From the NCBI GenBank assembly GCA_965203475.1, contig OZ241890.1, positions 606,926-670,925 on the forward strand: DNA of 64,000 bases, given 5' to 3'. Source of the DNA: Gammaproteobacteria bacterium. Its GTDB lineage: Bacteria > Pseudomonadota > Gammaproteobacteria > UBA4575. A program made the position numbers and the translations under genes. Shown here one piece after another: positions 9,099 through 19,010 of the stretch (position 1 is its first letter; each line of letters begins with the position of its first letter). The notes under the pieces were generated by a model, which searched no databases, was not told the origin of the DNA, and saw nothing but the letters and a program-made list of their open reading frames with translations.

Positions 9099-9284
9099 AT
9101 GATATTTGCAAAAAGTATCCAAAGGCTTTATCGGCCATCCAGATTGCGAAAGCACCGCGCAACTAATTCCGCGCATTCAAAATCAAACCAAAATACTAAA
9201 TTAAACGAGCAGCATTTGACTCGTGATCAAGTTATAGAAATATATGATTGGATTGCAAAATTGAATGCCCAGCAAAGTGCATAG
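9099..9284 (+). CDS. Small basic hypothetical protein (61 aa)
   Basis: Strong AAAGGAG RBS 7 nt upstream of the ATG. Confidence 0.25.
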   Translation: MIFAKSIQRLYRPSRLRKHRATNSAHSKSNQNTKLNEQHLTRDQVIEIYDWIAKLNAQQSA

Positions 9285-9337
9285 GATGAATCTGGGGAAC
9301 GTAAAAATATTAACTAACGCATATAAGGAAAGTTAAA

Positions 9338-9436
9338 ATGGAAGTTACACATACTATTTTAATATTTGATGTAATTGCTTTGGTTGGAATTATGGTTGCA
9401 AGTGCTGTGTACTTGTATCGTCATAAGTACCACTAA
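9338..9436 (+). CDS. 32-aa hydrophobic single-TM micro-protein candidate
   Basis: AAGGAAAG RBS. Translation is MEVTHTILIFDVIALVGIMVASAVYLYRHKYH. A terminator follows at 9494. Confidence 0.3.
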   Translation: MEVTHTILIFDVIALVGIMVASAVYLYRHKYH

Positions 9437-9493
9437 AATATTCAAAGCAAAAAAACGGGTCCAACTCCAAGCGTATCTATATACGCTTAAGAT

Positions 9494-9522
9494 AAAAAAG
9501 CCCCTATTCAGGGGCTTTTTTT
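9494..9522. terminator. Bidirectional rho-independent terminator
   Basis: AAAAAAGCCCCT-ATTC-AGGGGCTTTTTTT, placed between convergent transcription units. Confidence 0.6.
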
Positions 9523-9538
9523 CATTAAAACTAACTGA

Positions 9539-10117
9539 TTAAACAGAAGAAAATACGGTGCTATGTAATGCACTGTATAAAAATTCATGAAAAATTTCAG
9601 TTTCATGAGTACCGATGGTTTGACGAATAGCGTTAATAAGCTGATCTGTATAGTTCATACCATCTTCAGCAATTTTTTGGCCTTTTAAAGACAGTGATAA
9701 ATTAACTACACGTCTATCTTTTTTGCTGTGGTCACGGATTACTAAGCCTTTAGCCTCTAATAACTCAAGTTGGCGGCTAATTGTGCTTGAATCAGTATAG
9801 GTAGTTTCAGATATTTTGGCAGGTGTTGCCGCAAGATTTAAATATATAGATTTTAATATTCGCCATTGTTGATAGTTGACTTTATGTTTTTTTAAATAAG
9901 TAGTGATTTTTTTTCGGGAAATACTATTGATGGCTTCTATATAGGTAATGATGTCAGCATCAAATGGATTTACGCTTGGCTTATGTTTATTTAACGTTGC
10001 TATGATTTCTTCTTGAGGGGTAATCATGGTTTGTCGCATAAACAGGTTAAATTCATTTAGTTGGTACAGCAGGTTATAGGTACTTAATAAATAAGGAGAC
10101 CGATTAAAAGAGGCCAA
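9539..10117 (-). CDS. MarR-family transcriptional regulator
   Basis: Winged-helix region QQWRILKSI...TDSSTISRQLELLEAKGLVIRDHSKKDRRVVNLSLSLKG. The true start may be internal. Confidence 0.7.
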   Translation of the reverse strand: MASFNRSPYLLSTYNLLYQLNEFNLFMRQTMITPQEEIIATLNKHKPSVNPFDADIITYIEAINSISRKKITTYLKKHKVNYQQWRILKSIYLNLAATPAKISETTYTDSSTISRQLELLEAKGLVIRDHSKKDRRVVNLSLSLKGQKIAEDGMNYTDQLINAIRQTIGTHETEIFHEFLYSALHSTVFSSV

Positions 10118-10320
10118 AATTACAAGTAAATAAGAATAAAATTCTAGCTATTTTTATTCATTTAGACGTTTAATAATTTTATATATCTTTTTGAAAGATA
10201 AAGCATTATCCTAACCATACTAATTTAAATTGTGCACTTATCACCTTTACACTAACGTCTAGCCAGATCTGGGTTCACACACCTTATTTAATGTAAATAC
10301 CATGTAGCATCCAAGCAAAA

Positions 10321-10563
10321 TTGAGGCATGTCATGAGCTATTTTGGTGAAAGTACACTCGAGCACAAGGTGCTCTTATATATGGAAGGCATTAAAAACAG
10401 TAATAATCTAAAGGATTACGAAGTCATCCGTATGATGAATAAAGTAGTGGAATATTATCGAGATAATCTTGTGTACGAATTCAACGAAGATGAAGCAAAT
10501 ACTATTTTGAAAGAAGCCAGTGATACTAATATCAAGGATACGAAAGATTCATCTACTTCATAA
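10321..10563 (+). CDS. Hypothetical protein (80 aa)
   Basis: ORF only. Confidence 0.35.
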   Translation: MRHVMSYFGESTLEHKVLLYMEGIKNSNNLKDYEVIRMMNKVVEYYRDNLVYEFNEDEANTILKEASDTNIKDTKDSSTS

Positions 10564-10595
10564 ATACTAGTATTTATTAAATAATTTCCTTCAAA

Positions 10596-11072
10596 TTAAA
10601 TTATTTTCTGTGATTTTTTTATGTTAGTCACAGCGCCTGCTGTGGCAAGAATAGCCATTCGTGCCAAACTGTATTTCGGCAACAGAGGAGATAAGGCTAC
10701 TCCAAACACAGCACCAGCAATAGCTTGATGAAGTTGTTTGCTTTCTACTTTTAGGCCATGAACAAAGCGTACAAAATGTTCGCAATTACATGTAAATAGG
10801 TTATATCGCAAACTAGAATTTATATAAGATCGAGCAAATTGAATCACTTCTAGTGCAGGCCTCTTGCCGCGAATAGGACTTATTTCCACTCTGCGGTTTC
10901 CAATCACCTTGTCCCAGGGTTCTTCAAGTACACCACACATGCGAAAAGATAGTGAGATTACGTTGGGCGCCCCATTGCTATATCGATCACTGACAATTGC
11001 ATAATGAATGTAAAAAGGATAGTAGATGGCGATTACCATTCCTGGTTTTGGGTAATGGTTAGATAAATTCAA
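10596..11072 (-). CDS. LRAT/PLAAT (H-Ras-like suppressor) family thiol acyltransferase/phospholipase homolog with C-terminal hydrophobic anchor
   Basis: NCEHFV active-site Cys motif, an upstream His in YIHYAIV, and a C-terminal hydrophobic segment AIAGAVFGVALSPLL...AILATAGAV, as in eukaryotic PLAAT proteins. Confidence 0.6.
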   Translation of the reverse strand: MNLSNHYPKPGMVIAIYYPFYIHYAIVSDRYSNGAPNVISLSFRMCGVLEEPWDKVIGNRRVEISPIRGKRPALEVIQFARSYINSSLRYNLFTCNCEHFVRFVHGLKVESKQLHQAIAGAVFGVALSPLLPKYSLARMAILATAGAVTNIKKSQKII

Positions 11073-11294
11073 TTTTAATAATTCACTGATTCTATTTTAA
11101 ATTGGATTGCCTGACTTATTTAAAGTTCCTAAGGGCTGTTTGGATTTTACGATTTCAATCCATTGGAAATTAGTTTCTGATAAAACTATACACACCTTCT
11201 ATTCTAAAAAATACTCCGTTCATCTTTGTTGCTAAATGAGAAAGTTGTTTGAATTGTTATAGTTTTTGCGGTTGTTTTCATTTGGCGCTTTTCC

Positions 11295-12146
11295 ATGTTT
11301 TATTTCAAATTCTATAAAACTTTGATCTTTTTCATATGTATGTTGCTGCTTATGTTTCAGGTACATGCAGAGGAAGATATTTTGTCTAAAATTTGGAATG
11401 CAGAAGATACTAAATTAGTTGAGAAATGCGTTTCAAATATTAATCAATCTGCTAATGAGAAGTTAGGCGCAGCAGAGCGACTATATCAAACAAGCATGTG
11501 CTACTTTTGTGCAGGTTGTGATTTTGAAAATGATCAAGGCGTCATCTTTAGTGGTCGTAGTATACATTCAGGAAATGAGCTGCCAAACTCTCAATCTTAT
11601 GAAATAGCCTATAAATTAATGAATCAAGCAGTTGAGCTTGGTAGTGTCAAAGCATTTTACGGCTTAGCTGCAATTCAATTTGTAAGTGAAACGGGGCAAG
11701 GAAAAATTTCAAAAACTGAGCTATCGGCAGAGAAGACAGAAGAATATAGGCAGAAAGCATTACAAAACGATTTTAGTGAAGAAAAATTAAATAGTGATTT
11801 AGAAGCATTGGTGCAGTCAATTCATTACAAGCAGCATGAGCAAGATTATTCACGATCTATACATGTTAATTTGCTAAATGCGGCTAGATTCGGACATTTA
11901 TCTTCACAATTTGCATTGGGTGAAATTTATTCACGAGGCATTGGAGTTGCGCCAGACAATATTGAAGCATATGCATGGACCGCTGCAGCAGTTGCACAAA
12001 ACCCTCCTTTTGGAAGTACTAGACGTGATAAATTGGGGGAGAATTTAGACTATATGGAACTCAATGAGGCTGATTTGCTAGCAGAAACCTATATGAAGGA
12101 ACACACAGATATATTTGATCGTGCTTCAGTAACTGTCATGCGTTAG
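11295..12146 (+). CDS. Secreted Sel1-like repeat (SLR/TPR-like) protein
   Basis: Signal peptide MFYFKFYKTLIFFICMLLLMFQVHA. Sel1-type repeats, e.g. FALGEIYSRGIGVAPDNIEAYAWTAAAVAQN. Confidence 0.65.
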   Translation: MFYFKFYKTLIFFICMLLLMFQVHAEEDILSKIWNAEDTKLVEKCVSNINQSANEKLGAAERLYQTSMCYFCAGCDFENDQGVIFSGRSIHSGNELPNSQSYEIAYKLMNQAVELGSVKAFYGLAAIQFVSETGQGKISKTELSAEKTEEYRQKALQNDFSEEKLNSDLEALVQSIHYKQHEQDYSRSIHVNLLNAARFGHLSSQFALGEIYSRGIGVAPDNIEAYAWTAAAVAQNPPFGSTRRDKLGENLDYMELNEADLLAETYMKEHTDIFDRASVTVMR

Positions 12147-12748
12147 TACTTAACGCTTAAATTTTCTTTATAAATATTTTCTATTTCGTCTTTAATAGTT
12201 AGTTCAGAAAATTTAATATCTATCTCTGCAAAGATGATGCGCATTATTTGCATAAATTCAGCTTTTGTGTTGATTTCTGGGTTTTTATCAAATTTTTGTT
12301 TATAGAGTTTTGCCGTTTTTCGAATCAAGATTTTGAGACGGTGAGATTCATCATTGTTTGTCTCGCCTTGTATATTATCCGTTGTCCAATTAATGATGTC
12401 TCGAATATGCATTAAGTCAGAACGAGTGCGATCCAGAATTGCAGGCAGATAGCCTAACCCAGAAAAAGATGCCTTGGCTTTAAGTAGTGGAATGCCAAAT
12501 GTAGGCAATGTATTCAAATCATTCAGTACAGTATTAATATCATCTGCAGTTTTATTCAAATTTTCTGCAGTTTTATTTGCTTGTGGGATTTCTAAACTAC
12601 TTTTCACTATGGATCGATAGTCTTCAATAAAGGTTTCTATTTGTTCAATGAATTCTTTAACAATATGATTCCGGTAGGGGAGTAGCTTATAAAGCGTACT
12701 AGAAGAATAAGGGTCTAGCGTATGATATTTGACTTTATATATTGGCAT
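12143..12748 (-). CDS. Hypothetical protein (201 aa)
   Basis: ORF convergent with and overlapping the Sel1 gene by 4 nt. No motif recognised. Confidence 0.45.
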   Translation of the reverse strand: MPIYKVKYHTLDPYSSSTLYKLLPYRNHIVKEFIEQIETFIEDYRSIVKSSLEIPQANKTAENLNKTADDINTVLNDLNTLPTFGIPLLKAKASFSGLGYLPAILDRTRSDLMHIRDIINWTTDNIQGETNNDESHRLKILIRKTAKLYKQKFDKNPEINTKAEFMQIMRIIFAEIDIKFSELTIKDEIENIYKENLSVKY

Positions 12749-12789
12749 ATAAACTGATTACGAAATGTACATACATAATTATACTGTAT

Positions 12790-14733
12790 TTACGCAGATG
12801 ACAATAAATTAGATATTATTTTCTGTAGTGATTGTGCGTTTACATTTTTAGCCTCGACTGGAATCGAAGCAAGTAGAGTAATTTTTCGCCACAATCTAGT
12901 CGGGATTCCGGTCATTGGTTTGCCTTTATAGTTACTAAAATAACTCCCCCATAGTCCTTGTAATGCCATCGGGACAACTTTAATCGGTGTTTCTGACAGT
13001 ATGCGATTAATTCCAGGTTTGAAGGTATCTACATTTCCATTTGTAGTGAGCTTACCTTCGGGGAAAATTCCAACTAAATTTCCGCTATTTAATTCACGCG
13101 CAATATTAATGTAGGCTTTTTCTAGTAACTCAGGATTTTCTTTTTTTGGCGCAATAGGAATAGCATTAGCTGTTTTAAATATAAATCGTAAAAAAGGTAT
13201 ATTAAATATTTTGTGGTACATAACAAATCGTATCGGACGACTTACGCAGCCACCAATGATCAGGGCGTCCATCAAACTTACGTGATTAGATACAATAATT
13301 GCTGGACCTTCCTGTGGAATTAAGTCTAAATTAATTTTTTTCACGCGGTAAACAATATGGACTAAAATCCAAATAACGAAACGCATAAAAAATTCTGGAA
13401 TTAATGTATAAATGTAGACTGCTACAACTGCATTTAAAATGGCAGCAACTAAAAATAGTTGCGGAATAGTTAAACCAGAATTTAAAAGGAAGATCGCGTA
13501 TAAACCAGAACTAACAATAAAAATCGCATTTAATATATTGTTACCGGCTATAACGCGTGATCGTCTTTGTGCTTTAGATCGCGTTTGAATTAAGGCATAT
13601 AGCGGGACTATATAGATTCCCCCTGATACACCAATTAAAAATATGTCCAGAATTAAGCGCCAATTCTGTTTATTAGTAATGAATTCTTGAAATCCTACAA
13701 GGTGAGTTGTATTTTGCATGTGAGCGGCAAAAAATACATCGATTCCAAAAATTGTTAAGCCGATTGAGCCTATAGGCACGAGCCCTAACTCAATTGTGTG
13801 GTTGGAAAGTCTTTCACAAAGAAGAGAGCCAATTCCTATACCTATACAAAATAGCGCTAGAAACAATGTAACCACTTGTTCGTTTGCCCCAATAGAGAGT
13901 CTGGTGAAATTTGGAAGCTGTGTTATGTATGTAGCACCTAAAAACCAAAACCATGAAACGCCTAACACAGAATGAAATACAATTCTATTTTCACGAAGCG
14001 AACTTAAATTTCGAAATGTTTCAAGGAAAGGGTTCCAATTAATTTTTAAGTTTGGGTCTGTAGCTTCTGCTTTTGGAATTTTAAGACTGCTTAAATAACC
14101 TAGGCATGCTAGAATTATAATCGTGTAGGAAACAAGCATTTTAAATTCTGTAGCTATTCCTATTAGAATTCCACCAAGCATCGTCCCAATCAAAATGGCG
14201 GCAAATGTTCCAGTTTCTACAATAGCGTTACCCCCAACAAGCTCATGTTTTTCCAGATGTTGAGGGATGATTGAATATTTTATGGGCCCAAATAGTGATG
14301 ATTGTGTGCCCATCAAAAATAAGGCCAGTAACAGCAGTGGTACGTTTTTAGAATAAAACCCTATTGCTGCAAGAAACATTATTAAAATTTCTGCAATTTT
14401 TATTTTTCGAATGAGAGAGGATTTTTCAAATCGATCAGCGATTTGCCCTGCGATTGCAGAGAAAAAGAAAAAAGGTAATATGAACAGAATTGCAGCTAGA
14501 TTTATTAAGAGGTTTGAGCTATCACTGCCTGCGTAACTTGTTTGAAATGCGATTAATATAAAAAGAGCATTTTTAAATACATTATCATTGAATGCACCAA
14601 AAAACTGCGTCATAAAAAATGGACCGAAGCGCGATTCTTTAAGAAGCTGAAACTGATTTGTCGTTTTGGAGTTTATTTTGCTTTGCAAAGTGATTAAAGG
14701 CAGCAGGCTTGTCCAAATTTTTTCAATCGCCAA
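12790..14733 (-). CDS. Lysophospholipid transporter (LplT-like MFS) fused to a PlsC-type acyltransferase domain
   Basis: N-terminal 12-TM MFS with MTQFFGAFNDN. C-terminal NHVSLMDA (HX4D) and FPEG acyltransferase motifs. The true start is probably internal, near 14611. Confidence 0.7.
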   Translation of the reverse strand: MAIEKIWTSLLPLITLQSKINSKTTNQFQLLKESRFGPFFMTQFFGAFNDNVFKNALFILIAFQTSYAGSDSSNLLINLAAILFILPFFFFSAIAGQIADRFEKSSLIRKIKIAEILIMFLAAIGFYSKNVPLLLLALFLMGTQSSLFGPIKYSIIPQHLEKHELVGGNAIVETGTFAAILIGTMLGGILIGIATEFKMLVSYTIIILACLGYLSSLKIPKAEATDPNLKINWNPFLETFRNLSSLRENRIVFHSVLGVSWFWFLGATYITQLPNFTRLSIGANEQVVTLFLALFCIGIGIGSLLCERLSNHTIELGLVPIGSIGLTIFGIDVFFAAHMQNTTHLVGFQEFITNKQNWRLILDIFLIGVSGGIYIVPLYALIQTRSKAQRRSRVIAGNNILNAIFIVSSGLYAIFLLNSGLTIPQLFLVAAILNAVVAVYIYTLIPEFFMRFVIWILVHIVYRVKKINLDLIPQEGPAIIVSNHVSLMDALIIGGCVSRPIRFVMYHKIFNIPFLRFIFKTANAIPIAPKKENPELLEKAYINIARELNSGNLVGIFPEGKLTTNGNVDTFKPGINRILSETPIKVVPMALQGLWGSYFSNYKGKPMTGIPTRLWRKITLLASIPVEAKNVNAQSLQKIISNLLSSA

Positions 14734-15122
14734 TAATTATAAGGCCATGGGGTTAAAAACCCTACTAGTAACATAATCGGAATCACCCACCAGACAAGTT
14801 TTGCGCCACCTGTTAAAACATAATCAGTGATGTTCATAACAACTTCCATTGAAATCATTGATATAAAACTCATTCCCATGGCCGTTTTAAATGCAAATTT
14901 TAACTGCATCCCTTTGTTTGAAAGAATAAATGTTTCTAATGCAATACTAGTAATTAGTCCATTAATGATGGCTAACGTTAAAACATATAATGCTGGTAAA
15001 CTAAATTTGGAAAACTGGAAAAAAGCAATGGTCCCAAAATCACCTATAGAACAGCCGATTAGGCACCACATAGTATTATATGCACTTTCTTTCCAGGCTT
15101 TAATGTCACTCCAGAATGTCAT
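14694..15122 (-). CDS. Small integral membrane protein
   Basis: 142 aa with 4 predicted TM segments. The predicted N-terminally extended ORF of the downstream gene overlaps it. Confidence 0.5.
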   Translation of the reverse strand: MTFWSDIKAWKESAYNTMWCLIGCSIGDFGTIAFFQFSKFSLPALYVLTLAIINGLITSIALETFILSNKGMQLKFAFKTAMGMSFISMISMEVVMNITDYVLTGGAKLVWWVIPIMLLVGFLTPWPYNYWRLKKFGQACCL

Positions 15123-15142
15123 GTGGCAAAATAGTTACATAT

Positions 15143-15181
15143 AAAAAAAGCGTAACAGAAAGTTCCTGTTACGCTTTTGTT
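15143..15181. terminator. Rho-independent terminator (serves the minus-strand ferredoxin gene; T-run on both sides)
   Basis: AAAAAAAGCGTAACAG-aaagttc-CTGTTACGCTTTTGT. Confidence 0.55.
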
Positions 15182-15199
15182 GAATCAAATAGGGAAGGA

Positions 15200-15532
15200 T
15201 TATGACTTGTAGTCTGGGTTAATTGCACCTTGATCAAAATTTACTTCAACTTCTAAATCTGTTTTTAAACGCGATTGGCAGGCTAAAATATAGTTTTCTT
15301 TTAGCATGTCTCCATCCAGTGTATAGGCAAAATCTGTTAATTCTTTAATCTTGCCACTAATTAATTTTGCACGACAAGATCCACACGAACCCACTTTGCA
15401 GTCACATGGCCATTCTATCCCGGCATTGATTGCAGCCTGCAAAAGGTTTATACCGCCTTTTACTTCAAACGTTTGACCTGTATTTTTAATGGTTACTTTA
15501 TAGTCCTTATTTTTCCCACCTAATCCAAACAT
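15200..15532 (-). CDS. 2Fe-2S ferredoxin
   Basis: CDCKVGSCGSCRAK...LACQ cysteine pattern of plant-type ferredoxins. Confidence 0.75.
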   Translation of the reverse strand: MFGLGGKNKDYKVTIKNTGQTFEVKGGINLLQAAINAGIEWPCDCKVGSCGSCRAKLISGKIKELTDFAYTLDGDMLKENYILACQSRLKTDLEVEVNFDQGAINPDYKS

Positions 15533-16108
15533 ATGTCTCTCCTATTTCGAAGGTTTAATACAGCGTGGGGCTATATTGCTGTTCTGTAGATAGCTGAATC
15601 ATATCGTTTTATAGGGTTGATACGAAGAGATTTAGCATTTTATCTTCTTAAGCATCGTAAATTATCGAATATAGGCCAAATAGAAAACCATTAATAGTGA
15701 CTTGGCTATATTTGAAGGGAAATTAATAGTAACTCTGTGCTACGAATTTTGCTTGATGGCTATCAAATGGACAATTTTATGTAATCAATACGAACCATAT
15801 ACATGATGCTATAACCGCATGAACCTTACATCTAAATATTCAATAATTATTAATTAAATACAATAACTTATTGAGATATAACAAGTTTTTAGTTTAATTC
15901 AAAAATACAGCCCATCCGCTAATTTACTGCTTATACGCTAAATGATTCAGTCGCTCTACTAGTTCACGGTTTTCCCATCCTCAACCGCTAGAATTCACTC
16001 ATAATCAATACATTGGAGCTGGAACAAACATACGAGTGTGGTGGGTTGCTCGCAGTGTGGGAGCAGCATTAACCGCTAATCTCAACGAAAGGATTCCTCT
16101 ACAAATCT

Positions 16109-19000
16109 GTGAAATTACGTCCCAAAGTAAGCAAATTTAGAAAGTCTGCTGAACCTGCTTTAGCGCAGACAACCGTTTCAGGCCCAATTGAAGTGGCTTG
16201 TCGCTTTGATGGGAGAATTATTGATGCTAACCATGTTGCGAGAACATTATCGAAGCAGCTTGGTTTAGAAAAATTAAATCGCCTATTACCCGATGATCAT
16301 TTTGAATTAATTAATTCATCATTGCATAGCGGCAAGGTTTTGGTTACCAGTCATCATATCAATGGTTGTGAAATCAAGTGGAAATATTATCTAGATAAAG
16401 GACGTAAATTAATAAAAGTTGAAAGCACGAATTATTTAATACGAAAAAATAACTCCGTATCTAGTATTAGCAATGAAGGAACAAGAAGTAATGCTAGCTG
16501 GGCTGATTTTATCAACTCTATTCCAGTTGCGGTTTGTGTAACGGAAAATAATAGTGATGAAATCTTATATATCAACCAAATTGCAACAAAATTATTAAAT
16601 ATTGCTCCTGGGAAAGAAAAAAATGTACGTCTTAGAAATATTTTTTCAGAGACAGATACAATTAAAAGGCTTAACAATTTATTAGTAGATAAAGGATTTG
16701 TTAAGGACTTCAGGCTTTCTGTTAAAAACAGAGGGAGTAATCGTTGGAGTAATGAACCTCTGCACTTATTAGTTAATATCAAGCTAGTGAGAAAAGTTAA
16801 CGGCTCATTTTTAGTTTGGACATTTACAGATTATACGGTGGGCTCAAAAGCAGAAGTTGCATTAAAAGAAAGTGAAAGCAAGTTTCAAAATGCAATACAA
16901 GGCGCGCAAGAAGGTATATGGGAATGGCACTCAGGTCTTGATGGATCAGAGTGGTGGTCTGAACCCATGTATGATTTATTAGGTTTAGAGTATGGAAAAC
17001 ATGCGCCTGGTCTAGTTCAACTAAAAAAATTATTACACCCAGATGATCGTCCAAATTTTGAGAATGCCTGGGGTGAACTTACTGCAAAATATACAAATGA
17101 GCTTACTATCGAAGCTCGATTCGCTGTTAAGAAAGGTGGTTATCGCTGGTTTTTGATTAAAGGTACAGCAAGTTATGATTTTAAGGGCAACATAAAAAAG
17201 GTTGTAGGTTCAATAGTAGATATTCATTTGCAGAAAAAAGCACAGGCCCAATTAGCAAATGAGAAAGACAAAGTTGTTGCAACATTGCGCTCTATTGTAG
17301 ACGCAGTATTTACGACCAATGAGCGTGGGCAACTTCAATATTTTAATAAAGCCGCAACACGCTTTTTAAACTGCAAGGAAAATGAAGCACACGGAAAACA
17401 CATCGAAAAAGTAATCGATTTATATGAGGAAGAATCTGAACACCTAATTGATAATCCAATTCTTTCTTGCTTATCTGGCCAAGAGAACACCAATCAAAAA
17501 GTGAATGCTGACATCGTAACAAAGTCAGGTGCGAGATATACAGTGCAAGTTATGGTAACACCATTAATTGCAAAAAATGGCAAACTATTTGGTGCAGTGC
17601 TGGTAATGAACGATGTAACCAGCTTACGTTTACTGGCAAGGCGTCTACGTTACCAAGCTAGTCATGACTCATTAACAAATTTGATTAATCGCTCTGAATT
17701 TGAACGTAAAGTTAGAAAACAGATTCTTGAGGCAAAATCTAGGCAGAAAATTTCATCTTTGGTATATATCGATCTCGATCGATTTAAAATGATTAATGAC
17801 TTGTATGGTCATGCAGCAGGAGATGAGTTGTTAATACAGTTTAGTAATTTGGTTAAAAGCAGACTCAGAGGTTCTGATGTTTTGGCGCGTTTAGGTGGTG
17901 ATGAGTTTGCTTTGTTATTGCCTGATTGTTCATTAAAGCAAGCCGAAGAAAAAGCCAATGAAATTTTAAGCACAGTTAGAAACTTTAAATTTATTTGGGA
18001 GCAGAAATCATTCAATGTTGAAGCAAGTTTTGGTGTTGCTGAAATTAATGAAAAATGTTTTGACTTATCCTATGCATTATCGGCTGCAGATAGCGCGTGT
18101 TATCTTGCAAAAGAGTCTGGAAGGAATTGTGTACGAATATTCAGAGTTGGCGATGAAGATATTAACCGGCGTCGAGGCCAGGAACGTTGGTTGCAAAGAT
18201 TTGATAAAGCTTTGAACGATGGGAAGCTCGTTATTACCGCACAATCTATTATTAATATTAAGCCTGACAAAGAACCAAGAACCGAAAAGAATGGATTTGA
18301 AATTCTAATCCGCATGGAAGATGAATCAGGTCGTTTGGTTCCTCCTAGTGCATTTTTGCCCGCAGTAGAACGTTATAACCGAGCTCCAAAATTAGATCGA
18401 TGGATATTAAATACAGTATTTGCATTATTAGCGGATCACAGAAATATACTTTCACAAATTGATAAGTGTTCGATTAATTTATCTGGTCAATCTTTAGTGG
18501 CGGATGGATTTCTACCATTCATTGTTGCCAAATTGAAAGAATATTCAATATCGCCTGGGAAAATATGTTTTGAAATTACAGAAACAGCTGCAATTGCAAA
18601 CTTAAATCAAGCTACATCTTTTGTGCAAAAACTTAAAGATCTTGGTTGTTATTTTGCATTGGATGATTTTGGCGCAGGACTGTCTTCATTCGCTTATTTG
18701 AAAACTTTACCGGTGGACTATCTAAAAATTGATGGGATGTTTGTAAAAGACATTCATCATGATAACGTCAGCCGTGCAATGGTAAGAGCCATTAACGAAA
18801 TGGGCCATGTGTTAGGGAAACAAACGATTGCAGAATATGTTGAAAACGAAAGAATTTTAGAAATATTAAAAGAAATTGGTGTCGATTATGCGCAAGGATT
18901 CCATGCAGGTCGCCCAGAACCCGTGATTGAATTTTTTGAGTCTACGGATTTTCGTGTAGCAAGACCCACATTGCGAAAACTATTTGCAGTATCTCGTTAA
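16109..19000 (+). CDS. Multidomain c-di-GMP turnover protein: N-terminal unknown region, PAS domains, GGDEF and EAL
   Basis: RLGGDEFALLL (GGDEF). EAL-region motifs EITETAA, ALDDFGAGLSS and KIDGMFV. No in-frame ATG near the 5' end, so probably a GTG start. Confidence 0.85.
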   Translation: MKLRPKVSKFRKSAEPALAQTTVSGPIEVACRFDGRIIDANHVARTLSKQLGLEKLNRLLPDDHFELINSSLHSGKVLVTSHHINGCEIKWKYYLDKGRKLIKVESTNYLIRKNNSVSSISNEGTRSNASWADFINSIPVAVCVTENNSDEILYINQIATKLLNIAPGKEKNVRLRNIFSETDTIKRLNNLLVDKGFVKDFRLSVKNRGSNRWSNEPLHLLVNIKLVRKVNGSFLVWTFTDYTVGSKAEVALKESESKFQNAIQGAQEGIWEWHSGLDGSEWWSEPMYDLLGLEYGKHAPGLVQLKKLLHPDDRPNFENAWGELTAKYTNELTIEARFAVKKGGYRWFLIKGTASYDFKGNIKKVVGSIVDIHLQKKAQAQLANEKDKVVATLRSIVDAVFTTNERGQLQYFNKAATRFLNCKENEAHGKHIEKVIDLYEEESEHLIDNPILSCLSGQENTNQKVNADIVTKSGARYTVQVMVTPLIAKNGKLFGAVLVMNDVTSLRLLARRLRYQASHDSLTNLINRSEFERKVRKQILEAKSRQKISSLVYIDLDRFKMINDLYGHAAGDELLIQFSNLVKSRLRGSDVLARLGGDEFALLLPDCSLKQAEEKANEILSTVRNFKFIWEQKSFNVEASFGVAEINEKCFDLSYALSAADSACYLAKESGRNCVRIFRVGDEDINRRRGQERWLQRFDKALNDGKLVITAQSIINIKPDKEPRTEKNGFEILIRMEDESGRLVPPSAFLPAVERYNRAPKLDRWILNTVFALLADHRNILSQIDKCSINLSGQSLVADGFLPFIVAKLKEYSISPGKICFEITETAAIANLNQATSFVQKLKDLGCYFALDDFGAGLSSFAYLKTLPVDYLKIDGMFVKDIHHDNVSRAMVRAINEMGHVLGKQTIAEYVENERILEILKEIGVDYAQGFHAGRPEPVIEFFESTDFRVARPTLRKLFAVSR

Positions 19001-19010
19001 ATTTAATGAT

